Assembly (NCBI GenBank): GCA_001782805.1
Contig: MFPT01000002.1
Location: 5,401-69,400 of the forward strand
From: Candidatus Magasanikbacteria bacterium RIFCSPHIGHO2_01_FULL_41_23
GTDB taxonomy: Bacteria; Patescibacteriota; Patescibacteriia; Magasanikbacterales; UBA922
Reading direction: 5' to 3'
DNA: 64,000 nucleotides
In this document: positions 21,530-30,192 of the stretch, one piece after another
Position numbering within the stretch: position 1 is the first letter of the stretch
Layout: every line of letters starts with the position of its first letter
Program-made: the position numbers and the translations under genes
The notes under the pieces: model-generated
What the model was told of the DNA's origin: nothing
The model's input: only the letters and a program-made list of their open reading frames with translations
Databases searched by the model: none

Positions 21530-22342
21530 TTAAAGCGTAATATCCATTCCATCATTCGATGGTGTAACTTCAAATACACTGTTGGTAAATTCCCAGAACT
21601 TGCCTTGTTCGCCGGCACATTCAGAGGCAAGAGCTTCCGTACGTGCTTTTTGATGCAAACTATCAAGTGGGAAATGACGATAGACCCAGCGCACGTTGTC
21701 GCCATTGGCCGCCATAACCTGTTGCATAGTCGCATGAAAACGTTTGCAAAACGGACACTCAAAATCCGAATATTCAATTAAAGAGATTTTTGCGTTGGCA
21801 TTGCCTACTATCGGCTCTTTTTTTGGATCAATAGAGCGGACTGAAACTTTTTCCTCAACCGGTAAATTAGCCACAGTCACTTTTTGACCCAGCATTTTTT
21901 GAATAACTCCGTTTATTATTTCGGCAGGATACGCGCCTTTGATGGGAACTGTCTGACCTTTTGGTCCCATTACAACCAAGAACGGTGTACCTTGTCCTCC
22001 CGCAGCTTGAACTTCATCTTCATCAGCCTGCACTTTGTCCGCGTATTTTTTTGATTCCACACAACTCTTGAATTTATCATAATCCAAACCAATTCCTTTG
22101 GCTATGTCGGAAATTTTTGGTCCGGAGCCGGTATTACTAACTTGGGCGGCATCGACTGTTTTAACTGAATCCGCTGATTGGCCCTTACCAAAATTAAAAC
22201 CACTACCACCTAAAACCATTGGTAAAAGAATTAAAAAACCAATAGTACAAAGAACCATTACACCACCACCAAGGCCTAAGGCAAAAACCTGGCCAGGTGT
22301 CATTGAACTTAAAAGACCTTTTTTGGGCTCCATTTCTTCCAT
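21530..22342 (-). CDS. DsbA-family thiol:disulfide oxidoreductase, membrane-anchored
   Basis: N-terminal TM helix. The thioredoxin-fold active site CPFC lies in IEYSDFECPFCKRFH. The start was chosen at MEEMEPKKG; the ORF extends further upstream. Confidence 0.7.
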   Translation of the reverse strand: MEEMEPKKGLLSSMTPGQVFALGLGGGVMVLCTIGFLILLPMVLGGSGFNFGKGQSADSVKTVDAAQVSNTGSGPKISDIAKGIGLDYDKFKSCVESKKYADKVQADEDEVQAAGGQGTPFLVVMGPKGQTVPIKGAYPAEIINGVIQKMLGQKVTVANLPVEEKVSVRSIDPKKEPIVGNANAKISLIEYSDFECPFCKRFHATMQQVMAANGDNVRWVYRHFPLDSLHQKARTEALASECAGEQGKFWEFTNSVFEVTPSNDGMDITL

Positions 22343-22511
22343 AAGAAAAGTAAAATTAATAAATAATACTGTAAGAGCTAGTCTAGCACAGTAAAAAAAG
22401 AGATTCAATGTGGATAAGTCCAAAACTGGTCTGGTCAAAATTGACGTGGCCAAATGTTTAGCGTATGCTTTGTGTAGAACATTTACAAAAGCTATTTTTT
22501 ACTTATTTTTT

Positions 22512-23087
22512 ATGTACGAAGCCAAAAATTTTGATCATCTTATCGGCACGCCTGGTTTTAGTGATCAATTGATGAAAAACCACTTTACCCTGTATCAAGG
22601 CTATGTGATGAATACCAACAAAATAAATGGTATTTTGGATGATTTATTAAAAACGGACAAAACAGCTACTCCGGAATACGCGGAATTAACGCGCCGTTTC
22701 GGCTGGGAATTCAATGGTATGCGTTTGCACGAGTATTATTTCGCGAATATGACGGCCACTCCTGGCACAATGGATAACAATTCTCCACTCGCGCAAAAAA
22801 TTATCAGCGAATTTAGTTCACTGGAAAATTGGGAAAAGGATTTTAAAGCTGTAGCCACTATGCGCGGAATTGGTTGGGCAATCCTGGCGTATGATGAAGT
22901 TGGAGATCGCTTATTCAATGTTTGGATCAATGAACACGATGTCGGCCATTTGGCCGGAGCAAAACCGATTCTCGTGATGGATGTGTTTGAACATGCCTAT
23001 ATGCTTGATTATGGCGTCAAACGCGCGGATTATGTCAATGCGTTTTGGAAAGTGATTGATTGGAAGATTGTTGCTGGACGATTTTAA
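22512..23087 (+). CDS. Fe/Mn superoxide dismutase family protein
   Basis: The C-terminal motif [13 protein letters not shown] matches DVWEHAYY with its Asp and His metal ligands, and the N-terminal region has the His/Tyr helical hairpin pattern ([17 protein letters not shown]). Start chosen at MYEAKNF. Confidence 0.6.
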   Translation: MYEAKNFDHLIGTPGFSDQLMKNHFTLYQGYVMNTNKINGILDDLLKTDKTATPEYAELTRRFGWEFNGMRLHEYYFANMTATPGTMDNNSPLAQKIISEFSSLENWEKDFKAVATMRGIGWAILAYDEVGDRLFNVWINEHDVGHLAGAKPILVMDVFEHAYMLDYGVKRADYVNAFWKVIDWKIVAGRF

Positions 23088-24421
23088 TAATCCCTTAACT
23101 TCGCAATCACATCCAAATCTTTTATTTTGTCGAGTGCCTTGGCTTCAATCTGCCGAATACGTTCGCGCGTCACACCGAATTCTTTACCGACTTCTTCCAA
23201 CGTGTGCGTCACTCCGTCCACCAAACCAAAACGCATTTCCAAAATTTTTCGTTCGCGTGGCTGTAAATCTTCAATCGCATCTTGGATATAGCCTTTTAAT
23301 AATTCCACGCCCGCGGCCGCGCTTGGGCTGATATTTTTGACATCTTCAATAAAATCCGACAACGAAGAATCATCGTCATCATCGCCATCTCCCACTGACG
23401 TTTCCAGCGATACTGTGTCTTGAGAAATTTTAATTATATGTTTAACTTTGCTGATTTCTTCTCCCATTTCCGCGGCAATTTCTTCGGGCGTGGCATCGCG
23501 TCCCAAATCTTGTAATAATCGTCGTTCAACCTGCTGTAACCGATTAATTGTTTCCACCATGTGCACGGGAATGCGAATAGTACGGGAATGATCAGCGAGT
23601 GCACGCGTAATGGCCTGACGAATCCACCACGTGGCATACGTGGAAAATTTATAGCCTTTGCGATAATCAAATTTTTTAACGGCACGAAACAAACCAATAT
23701 TTCCTTCCTGAATCAAATCCAAAAGCGACAAACTTTTGCCTACGAATTTTTTGGCAATGGAAACAACTAAACGCAAATTCGCTTCAATCATTTTGCGTTC
23801 CGCGTCTTTATCGCCACGTTCTTTACGTTTGGCCAGAGCAACTTCTTGTTCCATATTCAAAAGTGGCACTTTACCAATTTCCCGCAAATACATTTGAATG
23901 GAATCTTGCGCAATACTGGCCAAATCAAAATAACCTTTGGCCACATCCGGCTGTTCACCTTGAAGTCCGGTAACAATTTCATCTTTTTTAGTATTCATTC
24001 CCAAAAGATTGTCCTGAACCGCAACCAAAGAAATACTATTTTTGTCCATTAAACTGATAAAATATTCAAACTTATCCAGATAATGCTCCAAACGCGGAAA
24101 AATAGTCAGAACTTCTTTTTCCGTTAAAAATCCGCGATTACGGCCTTTATTGACCAGATGCCGAATTTCTTCGTCACGTGGCTCAACAATGGGTTGCTCG
24201 GACTCTATTTTTGCGGAAGAATTGAATACTTGTCGATGTGAATTTGCTCTGCGTCGCGTAATCCGGTGACGCGCGGAGGCGCTTGATTTTGACTTAACGC
24301 CTGATTTAGTTTTTCCCTTACGAGAAATAGAATTAGATACAGCAGTTTTACTGCCGGATTTTTTGTGATGTGCGCCTGATGACGCAGATCGTCCTTTAAT
24401 TGTGCTGATTTTCTTGGCCAT
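23084..24421 (-). CDS. rpoD: RNA polymerase sigma factor RpoD (sigma-70)
   Basis: Region 2 signature [40 protein letters not shown], regions 3 and 4 present, and a basic Ser/Lys/Arg-rich N-terminal extension. Confidence 0.95.
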   Translation of the reverse strand: MAKKISTIKGRSASSGAHHKKSGSKTAVSNSISRKGKTKSGVKSKSSASARHRITRRRANSHRQVFNSSAKIESEQPIVEPRDEEIRHLVNKGRNRGFLTEKEVLTIFPRLEHYLDKFEYFISLMDKNSISLVAVQDNLLGMNTKKDEIVTGLQGEQPDVAKGYFDLASIAQDSIQMYLREIGKVPLLNMEQEVALAKRKERGDKDAERKMIEANLRLVVSIAKKFVGKSLSLLDLIQEGNIGLFRAVKKFDYRKGYKFSTYATWWIRQAITRALADHSRTIRIPVHMVETINRLQQVERRLLQDLGRDATPEEIAAEMGEEISKVKHIIKISQDTVSLETSVGDGDDDDDSSLSDFIEDVKNISPSAAAGVELLKGYIQDAIEDLQPRERKILEMRFGLVDGVTHTLEEVGKEFGVTRERIRQIEAKALDKIKDLDVIAKLRDY

Positions 24422-24425
24422 GGTC

Positions 24426-26249
24426 TTAATTAAGCCGACTAAAGTCAGCTAATAATTCATCAATTTTTGGCTGATCTTTTTGACCTTCAGCCACGCGAAT
24501 AGCTTGTGTTAATTCAGTTAGACTTTTCTTTTTCCATTCAGTTTTTATTGCTTCCTCTAAAACATGGGCTTCGGAAAAAGCCTCTTTTTCCGTTAAACCA
24601 AAAAAATCCAATTCTCCCTTGAGAAGAAGGACATCGACTAAATTCTCCGATTCAGTAATTTCACAAGCGGAACGGAGTTTATCAAGCGACCAATCGGCAC
24701 TTGGATTATTAACATCAGTATACACATCTTTTAAAAATTCGTAAAGAGGAGAAAACTTCGTTGATTTTACCGTTGCGGAGAGAGCACCATCAAGCCATTG
24801 TAAACCACGTCCAGCTTTGGAAAATTTAAGCAATAAAACAAATAGGCGTTGCAATAAAAAATAAAGTCTGTCTTTTGGCTCTGTTTTAATTATGGTAATT
24901 ATTTGCTCTTTTTCTTGGGAATGATAAGAAATTTTTTGTTTACTGGCATTTTTTACTTCCTGCATATTTTCCCGCAAAACCGCCACTTCTTCGCCTATTC
25001 GCGCGGCCATATTTTTTAACCAATGATCGCGTTCCGTGGCAAATGGAATACGCGCAATCTCCCGTAAAATTTCATTAACTGCGATTTGTTTGACACTCGC
25101 ATTCGTCAAATTTTTTCCTTCTAAACTTTTGGCAATTAGCCATTCCATTACATCGTGCGCTTGTTCAACTGCTTGCCACCACATTTCCGGATTCTTTTTT
25201 AAACATTCATCCGGATCTTTTCCCGCACCGTCAGGAATTTTGATTATTTTAAGCGAGATTCCCGCCTCACGCGCCAAATCAATTCCGCGCTTGGCCGCAT
25301 TTTGTCCGGCTAGGTCAGCATCAAAAGCCATCGCAATGTTGTTAGTGTAGCGTTTTAACAATTCAATTTGCCATTCAGTTAGCGCCGTTCCGCTCGTGGC
25401 AACGACATTCATCATTCCGGCCTGATGACACGCAATCACATCCATTTGGCCTTCCACTAAAACCGCCAAATTTTTTTCCTTAATAGTTTTTTTTGCTCTG
25501 TTCAATCCGAAAATCACTCGTGATTTATCGTATAGAATTGTTTGAGGAGTATTCACATATTTACCGCCTGAATTTTCCGTTTCCACCAAAACCCGGCCAG
25601 TAAATCCAACGACGCTATCATGTACATCCCAAATAGGAAACATAATGCGGCCGCGAAATCGATCATAAAATCCGCGTTGTGTGCTGGAATTGGCATCATC
25701 GCGTTTTATAACCATGCCCGAGGCCACAAGATCATTAATGGAAAAACCTTTGTTAAGTAAATATTTAGTCAATAAATCCCATTGTTCAGGAATAAAACCA
25801 ATCTGCCACGCGTCAATCGTTTCTGATTTTAATCCGCGCATTTCCAAATAATCCCGCGCTGGTTTGGCGACCGGCAAATTGATTAAAATATGATGAAAAA
25901 ACCGCGCGGCCAAAACATTAATTTCTTTGATTCGTGATTTTTGACTTGATTCAGCCTGATTTATTTTGCTGTCTTTTAATTCCACACCGGCCCGATTGGC
26001 CAAAAATTTCAGCGCGTCAATAAATTCCATGCCTTCAATTTTTTGGGCAAAAGAAAATATATCACCGCCAATACTACACCCAAAACAATGCCAATTTTGA
26101 CGTTCGCGACTAACCATAAACGATGGTGATTTTTCCTGATGAAACGGACACAATCCTTTGTGGTTTATTCCTGCTGGCTTGAGCGGAACATATTCATTGA
26201 TAAAATCAACAATATCCAGTTTGTCTTTTATAAGTTGGGTGTCGGACAT
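24426..26249 (-). CDS. dnaG: DNA primase DnaG
   Basis: Zinc-binding [11 protein letters not shown]...HCFGC, TOPRIM motifs (LVEGQMDVI), and the classic dnaG-rpoD arrangement. Start chosen at [10 protein letters not shown]. Confidence 0.9.
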   Translation of the reverse strand: MSDTQLIKDKLDIVDFINEYVPLKPAGINHKGLCPFHQEKSPSFMVSRERQNWHCFGCSIGGDIFSFAQKIEGMEFIDALKFLANRAGVELKDSKINQAESSQKSRIKEINVLAARFFHHILINLPVAKPARDYLEMRGLKSETIDAWQIGFIPEQWDLLTKYLLNKGFSINDLVASGMVIKRDDANSSTQRGFYDRFRGRIMFPIWDVHDSVVGFTGRVLVETENSGGKYVNTPQTILYDKSRVIFGLNRAKKTIKEKNLAVLVEGQMDVIACHQAGMMNVVATSGTALTEWQIELLKRYTNNIAMAFDADLAGQNAAKRGIDLAREAGISLKIIKIPDGAGKDPDECLKKNPEMWWQAVEQAHDVMEWLIAKSLEGKNLTNASVKQIAVNEILREIARIPFATERDHWLKNMAARIGEEVAVLRENMQEVKNASKQKISYHSQEKEQIITIIKTEPKDRLYFLLQRLFVLLLKFSKAGRGLQWLDGALSATVKSTKFSPLYEFLKDVYTDVNNPSADWSLDKLRSACEITESENLVDVLLLKGELDFFGLTEKEAFSEAHVLEEAIKTEWKKKSLTELTQAIRVAEGQKDQPKIDELLADFSRLN

Positions 26250-26508
26250 ACAGGGAAAAATTATCGTCAGATATGCGTACAATACCTAAAATTCGTCTAA
26301 AACTCAAACAATGCCTAATTTCTAAGACTTAAGCAAACCTCACCTTACTAACCCATAAGCAAAATTCGACGATATCCTTTTGTTCAACTGATAGTCTGAC
26401 GGATTATGCATTCTCAGTAAGTCAATATACTCAGCTTTCAGCAAAAGTATATTCGTCTCCATTTTGCTTATTGGTATAGTGAATGTTTTGGTGTTGCATT
26501 GGTGGAAT

Positions 26509-27189
26509 TTACGGATGAATCCTCGTCCCTTTAAATTTTTTCCCATCAATCGCCTTCGCTACTTCTTTCAAATTATTGCCATTTAAAATTGACACTGTCA
26601 TTTTCCATTTGGCCGCGGCCGTACTGGCCGTGGGATCAAACGGCACATTTTTGCCAGGATCCCAGGTGTAGCCCACCACATCGCGCCGAAAAGTTTCCCA
26701 ATTCATATCTTCAATTCGTTTGGCATCGGAAAATTTATTCGGATCTTTGTCAAACACATAGTCAATATTGGATAAATTTAAAATATCCTTGGCATCGTAG
26801 GTATGCGCAAAATCAACCGCGTCCAAATCAGTGGAACAACCGGGTTTTTCTCCGCCCGCAAAAATAAGCGGTTTTGTGGTTTTAATTTTTTGGTGGGGAT
26901 TAAGAATTATTTCATCATGGCTATAACCGGAAAATAGTACTCGCATAAAATGCGCGTTCAAAATCGTAGTCTGAATCCCAATCCAATCCAAATCACTATT
27001 AGTCGGCTTGCCCAAAAGACGAGCGCCATTTTGATATTGACGCGCAATCGATCCCCCACCAGTCACAATAATAAATTTTTCTCCTTGGGCAACGCGCTTT
27101 AAAATCAACGTTCTAAATTTTTTTAAAAAATCCGGATTAAAACCGGTTTGGGGAATGATAATTGAACCGCCAACGGACAAAATTTTCAT
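26509..27189 (-). CDS. Amino-acid-kinase-fold protein, UMP kinase-like (archaeal-type PyrH) or related
   Basis: MKILSVGGSII....IVTGGGSIARQY matches the aspartate/glutamate/uridylate kinase fold. 226 aa. Confidence 0.5.
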   Translation of the reverse strand: MKILSVGGSIIIPQTGFNPDFLKKFRTLILKRVAQGEKFIIVTGGGSIARQYQNGARLLGKPTNSDLDWIGIQTTILNAHFMRVLFSGYSHDEIILNPHQKIKTTKPLIFAGGEKPGCSTDLDAVDFAHTYDAKDILNLSNIDYVFDKDPNKFSDAKRIEDMNWETFRRDVVGYTWDPGKNVPFDPTASTAAAKWKMTVSILNGNNLKEVAKAIDGKKFKGTRIHP

Positions 27190-27360
27190 ATATTTATTTC
27201 AAAAACCACGCGGATTTTTGCCCCGTCGCGCGCCGTGCGCTCGCGTCTTGTTATCCGGATTGCGCTTATTAGTTTCCGGCTGCCCTGCTACCCAACGGCT
27301 TGGCGTGCGATACGCAACGCCTTTATGTTTGCGCGATGAATAATCTTTCATACTATTTAT
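27190..27360 (-). promoter_or_regulatory. GC-rich structured leader with a terminator-like hairpin immediately upstream of the start codon (candidate attenuator or riboswitch)
   Basis: On the minus-strand RNA, GGCGUUGCG-UAU-CGCACGCC and CCGGA...UCCGG hairpins are followed by CGCGCG...CGCGUG + GUUUUUG, ending about 15 nt before the ATG. The plus-strand ORF 27155-27343 is Arg-rich and not protein-like. Confidence 0.3.
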
Positions 27361-27361
27361 A

Positions 27362-27390
27362 ATGTTTACCCCGAGCGTAGTCGAGGGGAG
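27362..27390. repeat. GC-rich repeat element copy B (internally deleted relative of the ligA insert)
   Basis: tgtttaccccgagc-gtagtcgaggggagc shares both ends with copy A at 1421-1500. Confidence 0.4.
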
Positions 27391-27732
27391 CTATTTTTTA
27401 TTCAATAATGAAACCGTTGCCATGCTAACAATACTCATAATCAAAGCTCCCAAAAATGCTGCGCCAAAATTCGCAACCGCAAAACCATCCACCACACGCG
27501 CCACCAGCCAAAATAACGCGCCGTTAATAACAAAAGTAAACAGCCCCAATGTTACAATATTTAAGGGTAAAGTCAAGAGAATAAGAATTGGTCGGATGAG
27601 GACATTGGCCAAGCCTAAAAAAAGTGCGGCCATAAAAGCCGCAAACCAGCCGGCCACTGTAATTCCGGGAATAATTTGCGTTATAACGAGAAGGGTTGCC
27701 GCGCTTATGATCCAACGTACAATAAACCGCAT
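27391..27732 (-). CDS. DUF360 / phage-holin-4-like small membrane protein
   Basis: 113 aa with 3-4 TM helices. The N-terminus MRFIVRWIISAATLLVITQIIPGI is typical of this family. Confidence 0.5.
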   Translation of the reverse strand: MRFIVRWIISAATLLVITQIIPGITVAGWFAAFMAALFLGLANVLIRPILILLTLPLNIVTLGLFTFVINGALFWLVARVVDGFAVANFGAAFLGALIMSIVSMATVSLLNKK

Positions 27733-27733
27733 A

Positions 27734-28132
27734 TTATGATTTAATTTTTGCTTTTAGCATTTGCGTATTTAATTCCGCTTTGGTGGATGATACCATTTCC
27801 TGAGCCTTGCTTAGTTCTTCTTTCGCGGTCATCAATTCCAGGCGAAAAACTCCAATGCTTTCGTTTTGATTTTTAATTTCTTCTTGCATGGCCTGATTGA
27901 TTGCAGTTAATTGCTTTACCGCACCACTTAGTTCATGTAAATATATTTGCTGTTGTTCATTTTGCAGCACCAAGGCTGGAACTGGTTTAGTTAGATTCCC
28001 AATTGTATAAAGTCCCAAAACCAAAGCCGTGGTAATAATAACCGTGACCACAACCACCCACCGAATATCAGGATGATGTCGTATATGTGTCGCTTTATGC
28101 ATACTTTTATAATTAATAATTGCAGTATACAA
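27734..28132 (-). CDS. Membrane-anchored coiled-coil protein (FtsB/DivIC-like topology)
   Basis: Single N-terminal TM helix followed by a heptad-repeat region (QAMQEEIKNQNESIGVFRLELMTAKEELSKAQEM). Confidence 0.35.
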   Translation of the reverse strand: MYTAIINYKSMHKATHIRHHPDIRWVVVVTVIITTALVLGLYTIGNLTKPVPALVLQNEQQQIYLHELSGAVKQLTAINQAMQEEIKNQNESIGVFRLELMTAKEELSKAQEMVSSTKAELNTQMLKAKIKS

Positions 28133-28172
28133 TTCTTTTCAAATCCAAGCAAATGTTGTACTATTTAGACAT

Positions 28173-29573
28173 ATGTTAAAATTTTACAATACTCTAACCA
28201 AATCATTGGAAAAATTCAAACCGCACGGTGAAATTGTTGGTTTATATACCTGCGGCCCAACGGTTTACAATTACGCGCATATTGGTAATTTGCGGACTTA
28301 TATTTTTGCGGATATTCTTCGTCGTGTTTTGGAATATAATAATTTTAAAGTTAATCACGTAATGAATATCACTGATGTCGGACATTTGACTGATGACGCT
28401 GACCAGGGCGAAGACAAAATGGAAAAAGGCGCTAAACGTGAAGGCAAAACCGCGTGGGAAGTGGCGGAGTTTTACACGAACGCGTTTTTGAACGACACGA
28501 AAAAATTAAATATTTTGCCCGCAACCATTATTTGCAAAGCAACTGATCATATTCCGGAACAAATATCTCAAGTACAAATTTTAATTGACAAAGGACTGAC
28601 CTATGAGACGAATGATGGAATTTATTTTGATACGACCAAAATTGCCGATTACGGCAAACTGGCACGTCTCAATAAACAAACATTAAAAACTGGAGCACGC
28701 GTTGCTATGGGAGAAAAAAAGAATCCGCATGACTTTGCTTTGTGGAAATTTTCTCCAAAAAATGAAAAACGTCAGATGGAGTGGTCAGCTTTTGGTCGTA
28801 ACGGTTTTCCCGGCTGGCATATCGAATGTTCGGCGATGAGCATTAAATTTTTAGGAGAACAATTTGATATTCATTGTGGCGGGATTGATCACATCCCGGT
28901 TCATCACACCAATGAAATCGCTCAGGCCGAGGCAGTTACAAACAAAAAACCTTGGGTTAATTATTGGTTGCATGGCGAGCATTTAGTAATGGACGACAAA
29001 AGCCATTCGGCAAAAGCTCAGGTTAAAATGGCCAAATCAGGTGATAATTTTATTACAGTGCAGACACTGATTGATCACGGAATAAACCCCCTCGCCTACC
29101 GTTATTTTTTATTGCAAACCCATTATCGCAAACAATTGCAATTTAGTTGGGAAGCGCTGGAAGCGGCACAAACTGGATTAAATAATTTAAAAAAAGAAAT
29201 TCAAAAATTACCGACCGCATCTGATATTGACACTGACATTGCTACCGCAACCGAGGAAGAATTTTTGCAGGCAATTAATAATGATCTTAATGTGCCGGAA
29301 GCTCTCGCGGTTTTATGGTCTCAAGTTAAAACAAAAAATATCAGCCAAAAAACTGTGGCCAAGTGGGACAGAATTCTGGCTTTGAATTTACTTTATAATT
29401 CCGAAAAAAAAATCCTAACTATTCCTCCGGAGATCCAAAAATTATTGGATGAACGCGCTCTGGCCAGAGCAGATAAAAATTGGGCTAAAAGTGACGCACT
29501 ACGTGACAAAATTCTCATTCTTGGTTTTGTGATAAAAGATACTGATCAAGGTCAAAAAATAAGTGCGAGCTGA
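28173..29573 (+). CDS. cysS: Cysteinyl-tRNA synthetase
   Basis: HIGH motif (YNYAHIGN), KMSKS (KMAKSGDN), and zinc/cysteine-binding residues (CGPT..., HIEC). Confidence 0.95.
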   Translation: MLKFYNTLTKSLEKFKPHGEIVGLYTCGPTVYNYAHIGNLRTYIFADILRRVLEYNNFKVNHVMNITDVGHLTDDADQGEDKMEKGAKREGKTAWEVAEFYTNAFLNDTKKLNILPATIICKATDHIPEQISQVQILIDKGLTYETNDGIYFDTTKIADYGKLARLNKQTLKTGARVAMGEKKNPHDFALWKFSPKNEKRQMEWSAFGRNGFPGWHIECSAMSIKFLGEQFDIHCGGIDHIPVHHTNEIAQAEAVTNKKPWVNYWLHGEHLVMDDKSHSAKAQVKMAKSGDNFITVQTLIDHGINPLAYRYFLLQTHYRKQLQFSWEALEAAQTGLNNLKKEIQKLPTASDIDTDIATATEEEFLQAINNDLNVPEALAVLWSQVKTKNISQKTVAKWDRILALNLLYNSEKKILTIPPEIQKLLDERALARADKNWAKSDALRDKILILGFVIKDTDQGQKISAS

Positions 29574-29660
29574 GATTCCGTCTTTTTTTGTTACTCTTCT
29601 GATTTTTTGATATACTGATTTTACCAAGATTATTGTTTTTTTTCTTCTGACTAAAAGACT

Positions 29661-30185
29661 ATGTCAAATCCTGTCCCAGGATCAGAACAGCGATTGCCTG
29701 ATAAAAATCGAGAGCAAAATTCCCATCAGCCGGAAAACGAAATAAAACCCGCGGATTTTTTGGTGGAAAAAGAAACGAACGAAGAACTGCAAAAAAAAAT
29801 AAAACACGAGGAGGGATTTTTGGATGATACGATTGCCAAAATGCGTGGTCTTTTGCGTTCCACCAAGCAAAAACCCGTTATAATGCCCAAAGTTCGCGAT
29901 GATATAACCTTAAAAATTGAACATATAATGGAGGCGGATTTGGGTGATGCTTTTAATGTATTAACTCCTCTCCAGCAGCAAGAATTCAAATTAAAGGGCG
30001 AACAAACTGCCAGCTTGATTCGAGAATTATTGCAGCAAACGAAAATTAAGGTAAAAAAAATTTTTGCGCTTTTAGTGGCTTGGCTTAGATTTCTTCCCGG
30101 AATTGATCGCTTTTTTTTGGAACAGGAAGCAAAAATTAAAACCGATCAAATTATTGCGTTGTCGCGCCAAAATAAAAAACTGTAG
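29661..30185 (+). CDS. Hypothetical charged coiled-coil protein
   Basis: 174 aa, Lys/Glu-rich. It lies immediately upstream of, and overlaps, the VirD4-like ATPase gene. Confidence 0.4.
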   Translation: MSNPVPGSEQRLPDKNREQNSHQPENEIKPADFLVEKETNEELQKKIKHEEGFLDDTIAKMRGLLRSTKQKPVIMPKVRDDITLKIEHIMEADLGDAFNVLTPLQQQEFKLKGEQTASLIRELLQQTKIKVKKIFALLVAWLRFLPGIDRFFLEQEAKIKTDQIIALSRQNKKL

Positions 30186-30192
30186 CCGACTT

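Noticed and set aside
22410-22511. Upstream extension of the SOD-family ORF (MDKSKTGLVKIDVAKCLAYALCRTF...)
   Set aside because: The extension overlaps the divergent DsbA-like gene's 5' region and has no SOD homology. An internal Met at 22512 is the more plausible start.
26283-26549. rpsU (ribosomal protein S21) upstream of dnaG, as in the classic rpsU-dnaG-rpoD operon; ORF 26340-26549
   Set aside because: The 69-aa ORF overlaps the 3' end of the kinase-like gene. Its sequence (MMGKNLKGRGF... / METNILLLKAEYIDLL...) has none of the Arg/Lys-rich S21 signature.
27155-27343. 62-aa plus-strand ORF in the GC-rich leader
   Set aside because: It is Arg/Pro/Leu-rich with non-protein-like composition and overlaps a structured leader. 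It is probably a GC-driven open frame.
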